NCBI RefSeq assembly: GCF_963975005.1
Contig: NZ_CAXBFR010000001.1
Span: forward strand, 9,594-73,593
From: an uncultured Flavobacterium sp.
GTDB lineage: Bacteria; Bacteroidota; Bacteroidia; Flavobacteriales; Flavobacteriaceae
Reading direction: 5' to 3'
Length of the DNA: 64,000 bases
A program made the position numbers and the translations under genes. The notes beneath the pieces were generated by a model that worked only from the letters and a program-made list of their open reading frames with translations, did not search any database and was not told the DNA's origin. Below, one piece after another: positions 1 to 9,325 of this stretch (position 1 is its first letter; every line of letters starts with the position of its first letter).

Positions 1-1152
1 AAAGACTATGCAATGGTTGAATGGAGAAAAGTTATATTATATCCATTAGAATCAGGAAATAAAAACCTAGATCCTTTAACAATTACAATGGATGTAAATG
101 TACCCGTTAGAAGAACTTCTCCTTATGAAAGTCCTTTTCAAACGGTTTCAAAAACTATTTCGGCTGGTGCAAGAACAATTAATGTAAAGCCTTTGCCAGA
201 AGCTAACAAACCAATAGATTTTAAAGGAGCAGTTGGAGACTTTGCATTTAAAATTGTGCCTTCGAAAAAGCAAGTTAAGTTTGGTGAATCATTAGATTTA
301 GTTGTTGAAGTTTCAGGAAAAGGAAATTTAAAATTATTTGAATTACCAAAACTTGAATTACCAACTGCTTTTGATGTTTTCGAACCAAAACACAACGAAG
401 AAGTAAATACACCGTTATCTGGAATGATTGGAAAAATTTCAGACACTTACACAATTGTACCTCAATCCAAAGGAAAATTCCCGATAAAACCTGTTGTATT
501 TTCTTATTTTGATTTGAAATCTAATTCATACAAAACTATCACTTCTGATGAATTTGTTGTAGATGTTATAGATGGGCCAGGTTTAGCAACAGTTGCCTCA
601 AATAATCCTGATAAACAAGATATTACTAAAACGGAAACCTTTCAATTCATAAATAGAAAAACAAGTTTTGAACCTATAAATAAAAGCACACCATTTGGAT
701 CAACTATTTATTATTCATTATTGCTATTGCCGTTGTGTTTTATTCCAATTTTATTCATAGTGAAACGCAAAACAGACCAATATGTAAGTGATGAACACGG
801 AAATAGAATTCGAATGAATAACAAATTAGCGAAGAAATATTTAGGGGAAGCTAAAAAACAATTAGGAAACAAAGTGCCTTTCTATTTGGCTATTGAAAAA
901 GCATTACACAATTTCTTAAAAGCTAAATTGAATATTGAAACGTCTGAAATGGATAAAGAAAACATCCAATTATTACTATTGCAGAAAAATGCTTCTCAAG
1001 AATCTGTTGCTAATTTTATAAATACAATGAAATCAGCTGAATTTGCAAGATATGCACCTTCATCAGATGATACTATGAAAATGGATTTTGAAAAAGCAGT
1101 GGAGAGTATTTCACTATTAGAAAAAGAATTAACTCAAACTAAATCAGTTTAA
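1..1152 (+). CDS. batD: BatD-like (aerotolerance locus) membrane protein, C-terminal portion; 5' end lies upstream of the window
   Basis: Frame is open from nt 1. Long beta-rich domain, then a TM segment (YYSLLLLPLCFIPILFIV) and a helical tail. Followed 4 nt later by a TPR/SH3 gene, as in Bacteroidetes bat loci. Family call is from remembered architecture, not a search. Confidence 0.55.
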   Translation, partial: KDYAMVEWRKVILYPLESGNKNLDPLTITMDVNVPVRRTSPYESPFQTVSKTISAGARTINVKPLPEANKPIDFKGAVGDFAFKIVPSKKQVKFGESLDLVVEVSGKGNLKLFELPKLELPTAFDVFEPKHNEEVNTPLSGMIGKISDTYTIVPQSKGKFPIKPVVFSYFDLKSNSYKTITSDEFVVDVIDGPGLATVASNNPDKQDITKTETFQFINRKTSFEPINKSTPFGSTIYYSLLLLPLCFIPILFIVKRKTDQYVSDEHGNRIRMNNKLAKKYLGEAKKQLGNKVPFYLAIEKALHNFLKAKLNIETSEMDKENIQLLLLQKNASQESVANFINTMKSAEFARYAPSSDDTMKMDFEKAVESISLLEKELTQTKSV

Positions 1153-1156
1153 TAAA

Positions 1157-1924
1157 ATGAAGAATTTAGTTTACATATTTATACTATTGTTCCAATTTTC
1201 ATTTGGACAATCAGCCGATGAATCTTCTCAGAAAGTATTTGAGATTGCAAATGAAATGTATAAAAAAGGAGATTACGAAAATGCGATTCAGAAATATGAA
1301 TTTATTGAAAAAAGCTTGAAACAAGAATCAGCTGATTTATATTTTAACCTTGGAAACTCTTATTACAAATTAAATAAGGTTGCTCCTTCAATTTATTATT
1401 ATGAAAAAGCATTGTTATTAAAACCTAGTGATAAAGCTATAAAAACAAATCTAGCATTTGCACAAAAAAGAACTATTGACAACATAAAAGTAGTTAACGA
1501 ATTAGGATTTACTAAATTTATTAAAGGTATAACTTCCATTTTTTCTATCAATACTTGGACGTGGTTGAGCGTTGCTTTTTCAGTAATTACCATATTGAGT
1601 TTTGGTTTGTTTTTATATAAAGAAGAATCAGGCACCAAAAGAGTTTCATTCATTGGAATTTTTGTTTCTTTATTTTTGGTAATAGTTTCCTTTTTATCAG
1701 CCAATTTTTTGACAAACTACAAAAAAATAGACAAACCAGCCATAATTTTTGAAGACACTGTTGAGGTAAAAGCAGAACCCAAAGAAGATGCAGACAATGC
1801 TTTCACACTTCACGAAGGTACAAAAGTCTATGTGAAAGAAACATTAGATAATTACAAAAGAATTCATTTAACAGATAAAACTGAAGGTTGGGTTTTGAGT
1901 AGTGCTGTTAAGGAAGTTAGGTAG
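1157..1924 (+). CDS. batE: TPR-repeat protein with TM segments and C-terminal SH3b-like domain (BatE-like)
   Basis: Signal or anchor at the N-terminus, TPR-like YENAIQKYE / YYKLNKVAPSIYYYEKALLLKP, and C-terminal EGTKVYVKE..EGWVLSSAV typical of bacterial SH3. Lies immediately after the batD-like gene. Confidence 0.5.
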   Translation: MKNLVYIFILLFQFSFGQSADESSQKVFEIANEMYKKGDYENAIQKYEFIEKSLKQESADLYFNLGNSYYKLNKVAPSIYYYEKALLLKPSDKAIKTNLAFAQKRTIDNIKVVNELGFTKFIKGITSIFSINTWTWLSVAFSVITILSFGLFLYKEESGTKRVSFIGIFVSLFLVIVSFLSANFLTNYKKIDKPAIIFEDTVEVKAEPKEDADNAFTLHEGTKVYVKETLDNYKRIHLTDKTEGWVLSSAVKEVR

Positions 1925-1947
1925 ATTTTATTTAAAATAAAGTTTAA

Positions 1948-2322
1948 TTATTTTAATTTTAAATCATTTACTTGTTTACTTAAATCGTAAATCATTTGTT
2001 CTAATAATTTTACTTTTTTTGGTAAATTAAGAAATTCATTAATTGATATGTTTTCATCAGCATTAATATTAGAAAAACTTTCAGAAACTTCAGTTTTTAA
2101 AGGTGTGCCATGACCTCTTTTTAAATATAAATGATTAACTTCTGGATAAGCATTAAGGATTCTGTTAATCATATCATTAGAAATACCATGTACACCATTA
2201 TAAACATTGTAAATTGTTGTATTAGAACTGTATTTAAGAGCTTTTCTAAATTCAGGTTTTTTTACTCCTAAAGCTTCAATAACGTTATCAAGGATTTCTT
2301 TGTTTTCTAATTTTGTCATCAT
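1948..2322 (-). CDS. small helix-turn-helix-like protein (phage CI-repressor-type N-terminus, coiled-coil C-terminus), function unknown
   Basis: 124-aa ORF. The N-terminal 60 aa resemble an HTH DNA-binding module and the C-terminal LLEQMIYDLSKQVNDLKLK looks like a coiled coil. Confidence 0.4.
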   Translation of the reverse strand: MMTKLENKEILDNVIEALGVKKPEFRKALKYSSNTTIYNVYNGVHGISNDMINRILNAYPEVNHLYLKRGHGTPLKTEVSESFSNINADENISINEFLNLPKKVKLLEQMIYDLSKQVNDLKLK

Positions 2323-2424
2323 ATAGTTTTTCGAAATGCAATTTAATAATTATCTTATTAATTATATAAATGTTTTTTAAATTTTTAAATTTTCACCGTT
2401 ATCTGAATTCTGCTCACTGCCAAC

Positions 2425-2928
2425 TTAAGACTGAACACTTTTTTCATACCATTCTTCTATCTGTGGATAAACAAACTCTGAGACTTTCTTGATCGGATTA
2501 TAAAACATAGAATTATCAAGCGTTTCTTGTTTAGCAATCATGTTATTTACATTGATTTTTTCAAACAATAAAATAACAATACTCAAAGCCAAAATAGTTT
2601 TAAGCATACTAAAAACGGCTCCAGCTAATTTGTTAATCCAACCTAAAAAAGCAAAATCAGCAATTTTTGTCAAGACTTTAGCCAAAAGATGAATTCCGGC
2701 TACAACAGCAATAAAAGTCAAAGCAAAAGCTATAATTGCAATATATTTTGGATCCCAAGAAACATTATTTTCAATAATAGATTTCGCAAAATTAGAAAAT
2801 TTTAAAGCAACAAATATTCCTGCCAACAAAGCAACTAAAGAAGCCAGCTCAACAAATAGGCCATTTTTAATTCCTTTATATAAAGCATAAGCTAAAAAAG
2901 CAGCAAAAATTATATCAATAAAACTCAT
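2425..2928 (-). CDS. cvpA: CvpA family membrane protein
   Basis: MSFIDIIFAAFLAYALYKGIKNGLF N-terminus and four hydrophobic segments are typical of CvpA (colicin V production) proteins. Confidence 0.7.
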   Translation of the reverse strand: MSFIDIIFAAFLAYALYKGIKNGLFVELASLVALLAGIFVALKFSNFAKSIIENNVSWDPKYIAIIAFALTFIAVVAGIHLLAKVLTKIADFAFLGWINKLAGAVFSMLKTILALSIVILLFEKINVNNMIAKQETLDNSMFYNPIKKVSEFVYPQIEEWYEKSVQS

Positions 2929-3013
2929 ATAATATATAATAGATTGTAAGACATTAGAGAATAGTCAATGGAACAAAGATAAAAGAATTATCGAAAGTCA
3001 AATTACTAGTTAC

Positions 3014-3021
3014 TATCTTTG
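3014..3021 (+). promoter_or_regulatory. Bacteroidetes-type -7 promoter box TATCTTTG
   Basis: Matches TAnnTTTG, 68 nt upstream of the ATG at 3089. Confidence 0.5.
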
Positions 3022-3055
3022 CAAAAATTGTTATTAGTTAAAGTTAGGTTAGATC

Positions 3056-3083
3056 TAACTTCTAACTTCTAACTTCTAATTTC
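3056..3083 (+). repeat. tandem heptamer repeat (TAACTTC x3 + TAATTTC) in the 5' leader of the 3089 gene
   Basis: Direct reading. Preceded by the palindrome GTTAGATCTAAC. Confidence 0.9.
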
Positions 3084-3088
3084 AAAAG

Positions 3089-3445
3089 ATGTCAAGAGAC
3101 GAACAATTAAAAGAACGTTGGGAAACAGTAGTTTCGTTATTATCAAACAAATTTGCTGATGGTGACACGCTAGATCTTGATGCCATTATATACTTAATAG
3201 GAGTTCAAGAATTGGGAAAATTTAATCAAGAATTCAAAAAAGATGAGAAAGTAAACCTTATGCACATTGCTATTTGTCGTTTGCTTGAGCCTTATGGTTA
3301 TTACGAATTTGATTATTTTGATGCTGAAGGTTGGCCTCACTATACTGTAAAAGAAGAACTACCAACACTAAAAGCTGGAGAACAATCGGTTTTAATGAAA
3401 GATGCAATTGTGAATTACTTTCTTGAAAAAGAAGTTATAAAATAG
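3089..3445 (+). CDS. hypothetical cytoplasmic protein (118 aa)
   Basis: Clean ORF preceded by a TATCTTTG -7 box at 3014-3021. No motif recognised. Confidence 0.5.
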   Translation: MSRDEQLKERWETVVSLLSNKFADGDTLDLDAIIYLIGVQELGKFNQEFKKDEKVNLMHIAICRLLEPYGYYEFDYFDAEGWPHYTVKEELPTLKAGEQSVLMKDAIVNYFLEKEVIK

Positions 3446-3515
3446 TGTTCAGTGTTCAGTTATTAGTGTTCAGTAAAAAAAACCTATAACCTAATACCGA
3501 CAACCTAAAACCTTT
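3444..3515 (+). repeat. heptad-periodic repeats: AGTGTTC-type units (3444-3474), then AACCTAA-type units (about 3481-3515)
   Basis: AGTGTTC AGTGTTC AGTTATT AGTGTTC AGT, then AACCTAT AACCTAA TACCGAC AACCTAA AACC. Confidence 0.85.
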
Positions 3516-3519
3516 TCAC

Positions 3520-3527
3520 TAAATTTG
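3520..3527 (+). promoter_or_regulatory. -7 box TAAATTTG upstream of pheS
   Basis: Matches TAnnTTTG, 19 nt before the ATG at 3546. Confidence 0.55.
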
Positions 3528-3545
3528 CCCTTTACAAAATGAAAG

Positions 3546-4565
3546 ATGATAGACAAGATTAAAATACACATTGAAGAAGCCAAAGCTTTCAATGCTGAAA
3601 ACAAAGAAAAGTTAGAAGAGTTTCGTATTAAATATTTAGGTAGCAAAGGATTACTTAAAGAATTATTTGCCGAATTTAAAAATGTTCCTAACGAAATGAA
3701 AAAAGAATTCGGTCAAGTAATCAATCAATTGAAAACGACTGCCGAAGAAAAAGTAGCTTCTCTTCAAGAAGTTTTAGAAACAAAAGACGAAGCAAAAGGA
3801 ACATATGGCGATTTAACGCGCCCAGGGGAACCAGTTGCTATTGGTTCTCGTCATCCTATTTCTATTGTAAAAAACCAAATCATTGATATATTTTCAACTT
3901 TAGGATTCAATGTTTCCGAAGGACCAGAAATTGAAGATGATTGGCATAATTTCACAGCCTTAAATTTACCAGAATATCACCCAGCACGTGATATGCAAGA
4001 TACTTTCTTTACACAAACAAATCCCGATTTGCTTTTGCGCACACATACTTCATCTGTGCAAGTACGTTACATGGAAAACAACAAACCACCTATCAGAACT
4101 ATTTCTCCAGGTCGTGTTTTTCGTAATGAAGCGGTTTCGGCTCGTTCACATTGTATTTTCCATCAAGTAGAAGGATTATACATTGATAAAGACGTGTCAT
4201 TTGCTGACTTAAAACAGACTTTGTTGTACTTCACGAAAGAAATGTTTGGAAAGTCAAAAATTCGTCTTAGACCTTCTTATTTTCCATTTACAGAACCAAG
4301 TGCAGAAATAGATATTTATTGGGGTTTAAAAACAGAAACAGACTACAGAATCACTAAAGGAACCGGCTGGTTAGAAATTGGTGGTTGTGGAATGGTTGAC
4401 CCAAATGTTCTAAAAAATTGCGGCATTGATTCTGAAGAATATTCAGGTTTTGCATTCGGAATGGGAGTAGAGCGTATTGCTATGCTTTTATACCAAATTG
4501 GAGACATCAGAATGTTTTATGAAAATGATGTTAGATTTTTAGAGCAATTTAAGGCAACTATATAA
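3546..4565 (+). CDS. pheS: phenylalanine--tRNA ligase alpha subunit
   Basis: 339 aa with class II aaRS motifs (HPARDMQDTF, FRNEAVSARSH, GFAFGMGVERIAML). Confidence 0.95.
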   Translation: MIDKIKIHIEEAKAFNAENKEKLEEFRIKYLGSKGLLKELFAEFKNVPNEMKKEFGQVINQLKTTAEEKVASLQEVLETKDEAKGTYGDLTRPGEPVAIGSRHPISIVKNQIIDIFSTLGFNVSEGPEIEDDWHNFTALNLPEYHPARDMQDTFFTQTNPDLLLRTHTSSVQVRYMENNKPPIRTISPGRVFRNEAVSARSHCIFHQVEGLYIDKDVSFADLKQTLLYFTKEMFGKSKIRLRPSYFPFTEPSAEIDIYWGLKTETDYRITKGTGWLEIGGCGMVDPNVLKNCGIDSEEYSGFAFGMGVERIAMLLYQIGDIRMFYENDVRFLEQFKATI

Positions 4566-4573
4566 TTTACTAG

Positions 4574-4608
4574 ACCTAACAGGTTATCAAAATCTGTTAG
4601 GTTTTTTT
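4574..4608 (+). terminator. intrinsic terminator after pheS
   Basis: ACCTAACAG (4574-4582) pairs with CTGTTAGGT (4594-4602), followed by a T-run. Confidence 0.8.
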
Positions 4609-4618
4609 ATTTACATTT

Positions 4619-5026
4619 ATGAAAGCAGATATAGAAATCCCAAAAGTAGAAAACGTTTACATAGTTGCTATCAATGAATTTAGCGATGATTTTCAAGAAA
4701 ATTGTTGGTATGCCTATTTATTAAATGCAACAGATGAAACGCTAGAAATGGCTATGATTGTTTCAAAAGCTCACGGTTTAATTAATGGTGAAGAACGAAA
4801 TACCATGCAATTACGTCACGCATTTGCAACACTTGCACCACAAACAGCTGTAAAAATGGAATTTTTAGAAAACAGTGTTTTACAACTAAACAATGAGTTT
4901 TCATTGTCCTATTTTATAGGAAATAAGATGTATGATAAAAATTTTGTATTTAAAGCCAACTCTATAAATATAAACGATCAAGTTGATTTACCTGTCATAA
5001 ATAAACAAGGCATAATTGGTGTTTAA
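4619..5026 (+). CDS. hypothetical protein (135 aa)
   Basis: ORF with coding-like composition between the pheS terminator and the GH92 gene. No motif recognised. Confidence 0.45.
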   Translation: MKADIEIPKVENVYIVAINEFSDDFQENCWYAYLLNATDETLEMAMIVSKAHGLINGEERNTMQLRHAFATLAPQTAVKMEFLENSVLQLNNEFSLSYFIGNKMYDKNFVFKANSININDQVDLPVINKQGIIGV

Positions 5027-5090
5027 GAAATAACACTATTGTATTCCTCATAAAAATTCCTCAATTTTATAGCAAATTAAAACCTATAAA

Positions 5091-7922
5091 ATGAGGAATT
5101 TTCTTTTTACTATACTTTTTATTACAAGTAGTGTATTTGCACAAGATTTTGCAAAACACGTAAATCCATTTATTGGAACTGGTGGACATGGACATACTTT
5201 TCCTGGTGCAACAACTCCTTATGGCATGGTGCAATTGTCCCCAGATACACGAATTGATGGAAGTTGGGACGGTTGCTCTGGTTATCATTATTCAGATAAT
5301 TTGATTTATGGATTTTCTCATACTCATTTGAATGGAACTGGAGTTTCTGATTTTGGTGATATTATGTTGATGCCCACAATGGGAGAACCTTCATTTGATA
5401 AAGAAAAATATTCTTCTGATTTTTTACATCAAACCGAAAATGCTTCAGCCGGATATTACAGTGTAAAATTAGAAAAACATAATATTGATGTTCGATTAAC
5501 TTCTTCAACTCGTGTTGGCTTTCACGAATATACATTCAATCATGATGGTCAAGCTAATATCATTTTAGATTTGAACCATCGAGATAAATTATTGGAAGGA
5601 AGAATTAGAGTAATTGATGATAAAACAGTTGAGGTTTTAAGAAGAAGTGAAGCTTGGGCAACCAATCAATACGTTTACGCTCGAATTGAGTTTAATGTCC
5701 CTTTAGAATTACTTAAAGCATCGACAGAATCGAATAATACTAACAATGAGTTTCCTAATAATATAGTAAAAGCAAGTTTCTCAAAACAAGTCCAAAAAGG
5801 AGAAAAAATTCTAGTAAAAGTATCACTTTCTCCAACAAGTTATGAAGGAGCAAAATTAAACAGTTCTGAAATTAAACATTGGGATTTTGAAAAAGTAAAG
5901 AAAGATGCAGAAGTACTTTGGAATAAAGAATTGTCAAAGATTGAAGTCAATTCTGATGATAAAGAAAAATTAGCCATTTTCTACACCGCTTTATATCACA
6001 CCATGATGCAACCTAATATTGCTCAAGATTTAGACGGAAAATATCGTGGTCGTGATAACGAAATTCACACTGCTGAAGGATTTGATTATTACACCGTTTT
6101 TTCACTTTGGGACACGTTTCGAGCAGCTCACCCTTTATATACTTTGATTGATAAGAAACGAACTTCCGATTATATTAATACGTTTTTAAAACAATACGAA
6201 CAAGGTGGAAGATTGCCGGTTTGGGAATTAGCTTCCAATGAAACCGATTGTATGATTGGATATCATTCTGTTTCAGTAATTGCAGATGCTATGGCAAAAG
6301 GAATTACAGGTTTTGATTACGAAAAAGCCTTCGAAGCTAGCAAAGCATCAGCGATGAGAGATGTTCTAGGATTAAAAGCTTACAAAGAAAACGGGTTTAT
6401 TTCCATGGATGATGATCACGAAAGTGTTTCAAAAACATTGGAATATGCTTATGATGATTGGTGTATTGCTCAAATGGCTCAAATTTTAAATAAAAAAGAA
6501 GATTACGAATACTTTATGAAACGTTCGCAGAACTGGAAGAACATTTTCGATTGGAATACTGGTTTTATGCGTCCAAAGAAAAATGGAGGTTGGGACAAAC
6601 CTTTTGACCCAAGAGAAGTGAATAATAATTATACAGAAGGAAATTCATGGCAATACTCATTTTTTGTACCTCAAGATATTCCTGGAATGATTGAAGCTTA
6701 TGGTGGAGCAGAACAATTTGAAGCCAAACTAGACGAAATGTTCAACAGTGAAAGCAAAACTACAGGAAGAGAACAAGTTGATGTTACAGGTTTAATCGGA
6801 CAATATGCGCACGGAAACGAACCAAGTCACCACATGGCTTATTTGTATAATTATGTTGGAAAACCAGAAAAAACCAACGAAAAAGTAAAATACATTTTAG
6901 AGAATTTCTATAAAAACACACCAGATGGTTTAATTGGAAACGAAGATTGCGGACAAATGAGTGCTTGGTATGTGTTGAGTTCGATGGGTACATATTTTGT
7001 AACACCAGGCACATTAGTAGATATATATGATAATGAAATGTTTTTCGAAAAAATCAAATTAACAAATGACAATAATGAATCAATTATTCTTTCAGAAAAA
7101 ATTAAAAAAGAGTTAAAAGAAAAAGCTGTTGAGGAAGCGAATAATCGAGTTGAAAATAATAATTATCTTTTGGATGAAAGCTTTAAACCTGAATTAATAA
7201 TTTCTGTTCCTGTAATTGAAGCTGAAAGTAAATCATTTAAAGATAAATTAAAAATTGAAATAAATTCTCAATTTTTAAACGATTCTATTTACTATATTAT
7301 TCAAGAAAAAAATATAGATTATTCAACTATTAAAATGACTTATATAAAATACAAAAAGCCATTTTTTATTGATAAAACAACAACGATTAATGCTTTTATT
7401 AAAGATAAAAATAGTCAAAGCAACACCATTTCAGCCCAATTCTTCAAAAAGCCAAACGACTTTACAATTGACATTAAAGGAAAATACAATCCACAATATC
7501 ACGCTGGTGGTGAAGATGGTTTGTTAGACGGAATTTACGGCAACGAAAACTGGAGAAAAGGCGAATGGCAAGGTTTTCAAAACCAAGATTTCGAATGTGT
7601 AGTAGATATGCAATCTACACATAAAATAAGTTCAATCACATCGAATTACTTACAAGATACACGTTCTTGGATATTAATGCCAACCAAAGTAGACTACTAT
7701 ATTTCTGAAGATAATGTCACATTTAAAAAAGTTGGAACTATTGAAAATACAGTTAATTCTAAAAATTATGAAACCATAATAAAACCTTTTGAACTAAAAT
7801 TTAAATCACAAAAAGCTAGATATGTAAAAGTCGTAGCCACTAATTTTGGAAAACTTCCAGAATGGCATCAAGGTTTTGGAGGTGATGCGTTTATTTTTAT
7901 AGATGAAATTGAAGTGAAGTAA
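5091..7922 (+). CDS. secreted glycoside hydrolase family 92 (alpha-mannosidase-like) with C-terminal chitobiase-C-like and F5/8 type C (discoidin) modules
   Basis: Signal peptide, then VNPFIGTGGHGHTFPGATTPYGMVQLSPDT and GNEPSHHMAYLY, which are characteristic GH92 motifs. The last ~150 aa (ARYVKVVATNFG..FIFIDEIEV) look like a discoidin domain. Confidence 0.85.
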   Translation: MRNFLFTILFITSSVFAQDFAKHVNPFIGTGGHGHTFPGATTPYGMVQLSPDTRIDGSWDGCSGYHYSDNLIYGFSHTHLNGTGVSDFGDIMLMPTMGEPSFDKEKYSSDFLHQTENASAGYYSVKLEKHNIDVRLTSSTRVGFHEYTFNHDGQANIILDLNHRDKLLEGRIRVIDDKTVEVLRRSEAWATNQYVYARIEFNVPLELLKASTESNNTNNEFPNNIVKASFSKQVQKGEKILVKVSLSPTSYEGAKLNSSEIKHWDFEKVKKDAEVLWNKELSKIEVNSDDKEKLAIFYTALYHTMMQPNIAQDLDGKYRGRDNEIHTAEGFDYYTVFSLWDTFRAAHPLYTLIDKKRTSDYINTFLKQYEQGGRLPVWELASNETDCMIGYHSVSVIADAMAKGITGFDYEKAFEASKASAMRDVLGLKAYKENGFISMDDDHESVSKTLEYAYDDWCIAQMAQILNKKEDYEYFMKRSQNWKNIFDWNTGFMRPKKNGGWDKPFDPREVNNNYTEGNSWQYSFFVPQDIPGMIEAYGGAEQFEAKLDEMFNSESKTTGREQVDVTGLIGQYAHGNEPSHHMAYLYNYVGKPEKTNEKVKYILENFYKNTPDGLIGNEDCGQMSAWYVLSSMGTYFVTPGTLVDIYDNEMFFEKIKLTNDNNESIILSEKIKKELKEKAVEEANNRVENNNYLLDESFKPELIISVPVIEAESKSFKDKLKIEINSQFLNDSIYYIIQEKNIDYSTIKMTYIKYKKPFFIDKTTTINAFIKDKNSQSNTISAQFFKKPNDFTIDIKGKYNPQYHAGGEDGLLDGIYGNENWRKGEWQGFQNQDFECVVDMQSTHKISSITSNYLQDTRSWILMPTKVDYYISEDNVTFKKVGTIENTVNSKNYETIIKPFELKFKSQKARYVKVVATNFGKLPEWHQGFGGDAFIFIDEIEVK

Positions 7923-7930
7923 AATATAAA

Positions 7931-7968
7931 AACCATTTAGAACTTATAGCCTAGCTTCTAAATGGTTT
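7931..7968. terminator. bidirectional terminator hairpin between the GH92 gene (+) and gpsA (-)
   Basis: AACCATTTAGAA pairs with TTCTAAATGGTT (12 bp). Flanked by A-rich sequence on the left and T-rich on the right. Confidence 0.7.
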
Positions 7969-7986
7969 TATAATTTTATTTGAAAA

Positions 7987-8982
7987 TTAATCTAATTTAT
8001 CAGTCAATTTAGCAAATACTTTTTTGGCTTCTTTACCTTCATACAAAATTTGATACACGGCATCAATAATTGGAGTTTTAGCACCATATTCTTGATTCAA
8101 TTTATAAGCACTTTTAGCAGCATAATAGCCTTCAGCAACCATGCTCATTTCCATTTGTGCTGATTTAACGGTGTAGCCTTTTCCAATCATGTTTCCAAAC
8201 ATTCTATTTCTAGAAAACACGGAATAACCTGTAACTAATAAATCTCCTAAATAAGCAGAATCATTAATATTACGTTTCATTTTATGTACTTTTCGAATAA
8301 ATTTTTTCATTTCACGAATTCCGTTACTCATCAAAACCGATTGAAAGTTATCTCCATAACCTAATCCATGAGCAATTCCGGCAGCGATAGCATAAATATT
8401 TTTTAACATGGCTGCATATTCAGTCCCAATAATATCATCTGAAGTTTTGGCCTTGATATAATCTCCACTTAAATTAGTTGCCATTATTTCGGCTTTATTT
8501 AAATCTCCACATGCAATTGTTAAATAAGATAAACGTTCCAAAGCAACTTCTTCCGCATGACAAGGACCAGTGATTACTCCAATATTTTCATACGGAATAT
8601 CATATTTTTTATGAAAATGTTCCCCAACAATTAAACTAGTTTCAGGAACAATTCCTTTAATAGCAGAAAAAATGACTTTATCTTTTAAACTTTCTGTAAG
8701 TTTTTCCAATTCACCACTCAAAAAAGCAGAAGGAATAGCAAATATTACATAATCAGCAAAAGCAACAGCTTCATTGATGTCATTGGTTAACTTAAGTTTT
8801 TTAATGTCAAATTCAACTGAACTTAAATAATTAGGATTATGTTTTTGATGTTTTAAATGTTCTAAAGCATAGACATTTCGCATGTACCATGCAATTTCAG
8901 TTTGGTTTTCACATAACATTTTGGCAATTGCTGTTGCCCAACTTCCGCCACCAATAACTGCAAACTTTGGATTTGAATTCAT
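7987..8982 (-). CDS. gpsA: NAD(P)H-dependent glycerol-3-phosphate dehydrogenase
   Basis: N-terminal GGGSWATA Rossmann motif and full-length similarity to the GpsA architecture (331 aa). Confidence 0.9.
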   Translation of the reverse strand: MNSNPKFAVIGGGSWATAIAKMLCENQTEIAWYMRNVYALEHLKHQKHNPNYLSSVEFDIKKLKLTNDINEAVAFADYVIFAIPSAFLSGELEKLTESLKDKVIFSAIKGIVPETSLIVGEHFHKKYDIPYENIGVITGPCHAEEVALERLSYLTIACGDLNKAEIMATNLSGDYIKAKTSDDIIGTEYAAMLKNIYAIAAGIAHGLGYGDNFQSVLMSNGIREMKKFIRKVHKMKRNINDSAYLGDLLVTGYSVFSRNRMFGNMIGKGYTVKSAQMEMSMVAEGYYAAKSAYKLNQEYGAKTPIIDAVYQILYEGKEAKKVFAKLTDKLD

Positions 8983-9002
8983 TTCTCAATCGATTAAGTA
9001 AC

Positions 9003-9010
9003 CAAAATTA
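9003..9010 (-). promoter_or_regulatory. -7 box TAATTTTG upstream of gpsA
   Basis: Minus-strand TAnnTTTG, 21 nt before the start at 8982. Confidence 0.55.
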
Positions 9011-9195
9011 GCAAATTAAAACGCATTATCAAATCAATTGTTAAAAGTGTTAAGGGAAAGTTTAACAAAATTTTAAATTTCTTAGTACAATTTAAAATTC
9101 ATCAAAGCGTTTTTAGTTGAGTAATATGTTCAAAATATTACAAATACATAAATTAGTTGGGTTAAGTTAATTTTTGTTTTGGGGTTAAAAGAAAA

Positions 9196-9221
9196 GCGTT
9201 CAAGTTGAAAAACCTGAACGC
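9196..9221 (-). terminator. terminator hairpin downstream of the ADH gene
   Basis: GCGTTCA (9196-9202) pairs with TGAACGC (9215-9221). An A-run on the left and a T-run on the right make it usable on either strand. Confidence 0.6.
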
Positions 9222-9325
9222 TTTTTGATTTTAATTATAACTCTTTTTTCTCTCCATTGGATAAAGCCAAACTACAGTAAATATAAAGTGTTGAAAATCT
9301 AATATCCGAAAACCGAGCATCGAAA

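Noticed and set aside
138-446. Track ORFs lying antisense to or inside larger genes. Examples: 138-446, 1399-1704, 3988-4170, 5067-5288, 6784-7014, 9357-9554, 9900-10169, 13691-13885, 16558-16995, 23949-24176, 24518-24721, 25812-25994, 26636-26821, 27241-27453, 28004-28237, 29001-29201, 31376-31612, 36485-36760, 37143-37328, 38727-38909, 40527-40736, 41071-41310, 43059-43259, 44025-44555, 45948-46217, 47766-48104, 49128-49325, 59480-59662, 60593-60778 and 61830-62021.
   Set aside because: Each is fully embedded in, or largely overlaps, a longer ORF with clear family motifs. Their products are low-complexity or hydrophobic strings typical of off-frame translation of AT-rich coding DNA.
3056-3515. 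Possibility that the short tandem repeats here and at 30247-30309 represent a CRISPR array.
   Set aside because: The units are 7 nt, contiguous and without spacers, and no cas genes are present. They are microsatellite-like repeats.
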